Assembly: GCF_044704955.1 (NCBI RefSeq)
Contig: NC_091984.1
Coordinates: 146,940,001 to 147,004,000 of the forward strand
Direction: 5' to 3'
From: Pristiophorus japonicus
Lineage: Eukaryota
DNA length: 64,000 bases
Part shown: one piece after another, positions 61,226 through 64,000 of the stretch
Position numbering within the stretch: the first letter of the stretch is position 1
Layout of the letters: every line of letters starts with the position of its first letter
Made by a program: the position numbers and the translations under genes
Notes under the pieces: model-generated
The model's input: only the letters and a program-made list of their open reading frames with translations
Told to the model about the DNA's origin: nothing
Databases searched by the model: none

Positions 61226-64000
61226 AACTATGATATAATTAATTAATCCAGTCTCATTACACAGTACCAGATCTAAAATAGCCTGATCCCTGATTGGTTC
61301 CACAATGCAGTGTTCTAAAAAACCATCCCGAATACACTCGATGAATTCTTCTTCAAGGCTATCTTTGCCAATTTGATTTGTCCAATCAATATGAAGATTG
61401 AAATCACCGATGATTGTTGCTGTACCTTTCTTACAAGCCTCCATTAATTCTTGATTTATACTTGGTGCTACAGTGTAGCTACTGTTAGGGGGCCTATAGA
61501 CTACTCCCACCAGTTACTTTTTTCCTTTAATTTTTATCCCCACCTCAGAAATGATCTTCTGAGCCAATATCATTTCTCACTACTGCACTGATCTCATCCT
61601 TTATTAACCCCACCTCCTTTTCCTTTCTGCTTATCCTTCCGAAATGGCAAATAACCCTGAATATTCAGTTCCCAGCTTTGGTCACCTTGCAACCACGTCT
61701 CTGTAATGGCTATCAGATGTATCCCCATGTATTTCTATTTGTGCCGTCAACTCATCTATTTTGCTATGCATGCTGCATGCATTCAGATAAAGAGCTTTTA
61801 ATTTTGTCTTTTTACCATTTTCCCTACTCTGACCCAACTTTCTGATGCACTTATGTTTATATGCTCTGTCCCTTCCTGTCAAGCTTTGGTTATCATTCTC
61901 CCTTCAGGTATTTGTCCAATTCCCTTTTGGAGGTTACTATTGAATCCGTTTCCACCACCCGATCGGACAATGTTCCCGTTAAGCTGTGTGGCCATGGTCT
62001 GGTCTGGAGGTCCCGCCCAGGCTGCTTGCTGGCTTTTAAATAGAAAAACTGCGCATGCGCGATTACTTGGGCCGCAACTCCGAAAAATGTTAGCTGGAAC
62101 ATTGCTATCAGGCAGTGCTTTCCAAATCCCAACCACTCGGTGCGTAAAAAAAGTTTTCCCTCATATCGCCTCTGGTTCTTTTACCAGTTAACTTAAATCT
62201 GTGCCCTCTGGTTATCAACCCTTCCGCCATTGCAAATAGTTTCTCTTTATTTACTCCATCTAAACCCTTCATGTTTTAACCAATCTTCTCATAGCCTTCT
62301 CTGCTCTGAGGAGAACAACCCCAACTTCTCCAGTCTATCCCCGGAACTGTAATCCCTCATCCCTGGAACCATTGTAGTAAATCTCTTCTGTACCCTCTCC
62401 AATACCATCACTTCCTTCCTAAGGTGTGGTGCCCAGAATTGGACACAATACTCCAGCTGTGTCCATGTTGCTCCTGACCCCTTTATCCCATCAGCTTCAA
62501 TTTTGTTAACTTGCCTAATATGTGGTACTTTATCAAATGTTTGAAAGTCCAAAAATACATTGTAAGAACATCAGAAATAGGAGCAGGAGTAGGCCATACA
62601 GCCCCTCGAGCCTGCTCCGCCATTTAATATGATCATGACTGATCCGATCATGGATTCAGCTCCAATTCTCTGCCCGTTCTCCATAACCCCTTATCCCCTC
62701 ATCTTTTTGAGAAACTGTCTATTTCTGTCTGAAATTTATTCAATGTCCCAGCTTCCACAGCTTTCTGAGGCAGTGAATTCCACAGATTTACAACCTTCTG
62801 AGAGAAAAAATTTCTCCTCATCTCAGTTTAAAATTGGCGGCCCCTTATTCTAATTCGCTCTCTCGTTCTAGTCTCCCCCATGAGTGGAAACATGCTCTCT
62901 GCATCCACCTTGTCGAGCCCCCTCATAACCTTATACGTTTCGATAAGATCACCTCTCATTCTTTTGAATTTCAATGACTAGAGGCCCAACCTACTCAACC
63001 TTTCCTCATAAATCAACTTCCTCATCTCTGGAATCAATCTAGTGAACCTTCTCTGAACTGCCTCCAAAGCAAGTATATCTTTTCGTAAATATGGAAACCA
63101 AAACTGCACACAGTATTCCAGGCCTCACCAATACCTGTAAAACTTTAGCAAGACTTCCCTGCTTTTGTACTCCATTGCCTTTGCAATAAAGGCCAAGATT
63201 CCATTGGCCTTCCTGATCACTTGCTGTACCTGCATACTATCCTTTTGTGTTTCATGCATAAGTACCCCCAGGTCCCGCTGTGTTGCAGCACTTTGCAATC
63301 TTTCTCCATTTAAATAATAACTTGCTCTTTGATTTTTTTCAGCCAAAGTGCATGATCTCACATTTTCCAACATTATTCTCCATCTGCCAAATTTTTGCCC
63401 ACTCACTTAGCCTGTCTATGTCCTTTTGCAGATTTTTTGTGTCCTCCTCACACATTGCTTTTCCTCCCATCTTTGTATTGTCAGCAAACTGGCTATGTTA
63501 CACTCAGTCCCTTCTTCCAAGTCGTTAATATGGATTGTAAATAGTTGGGGTCCCAGCACTGATCCCTGCGGCACCCCACTAGTTACTGATTGCCAATCCG
63601 AGAATTAACCATTTATCCCAACGCTCTGTTTTCTGTTAGTTAGCCAATCCTCTAACCATGCTAATACATTACTTCCAACCCCGTGAAACATAGAAACATA
63701 GAAACATAGAAAATAGGTGCAGGAGTAGGCCATTCGCCCTTCGAGCCTGCACCGCCATTCAATAAGATCATGGCTGATCATTCCCTCAGTACCTCTTTTC
63801 TTCTTTCTCTCCATCCCCCTTGATCCCCTTAGCCGTAAGGGCCATATCTAACTCCATCTTGAATATATCCAATGAACTGGCATCAACAACTCTCTGCGGC
63901 AGGGAATTCCATAGGTTAACAATTCTCTGAGTGAAGAAGTTTCTTCTCATCTCAGACCTAAATGGCCTACCCCTTATCCTAAGACTATGTCCCCTGATTC

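Larger units (their letters stand above)
56200..64000 (-). mobile_element. Cluster of nested, degenerate CR1 fragments
   Basis: Several EN/RT/3'-tail segments, all on the minus strand. Confidence 0.85.

Overview
Repeat-dense vertebrate genomic DNA, almost certainly from a cartilaginous fish, judged by the kappa/NS4-type Ig leader and V sequence and the shark-type CR1 and SINE families. The only host gene is an immunoglobulin kappa-type light-chain unit (23734-24297). Its V and J are already fused with no RSS, the join is out of frame by 1 nt, and no C exon is recognisable in the ~40 kb downstream. Four kinds of defective LTR retroelement surround it. (A) Two nested, oppositely oriented copies of a pol-less, tRNA-Ser-primed element; the + copy carries a lokiretrovirus-type F-like env. 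(B) A recent epsilon-like class I ERV with deletions in every gene and a 2H-phosphoesterase-like insert. (C) A lokiretrovirus-like provirus with 1.5-kb LTRs and gag-pro-RT-dual RNase H but no integrase or env. (D) A one-ended env-tail/PPT/LTR fragment homologous to A's env. B and C both have an in-frame UGA-CUA gag/pro junction; A, B and C each have a stem-loop abutting the PPT; A and B share leader sequence. The remainder is CR1 (one near-intact full-length copy with a TATA-monomer 5' array), RTE, L2, SINEs, a Harbinger remnant and several satellites. All family assignments are by eye from motifs; no searches were run.
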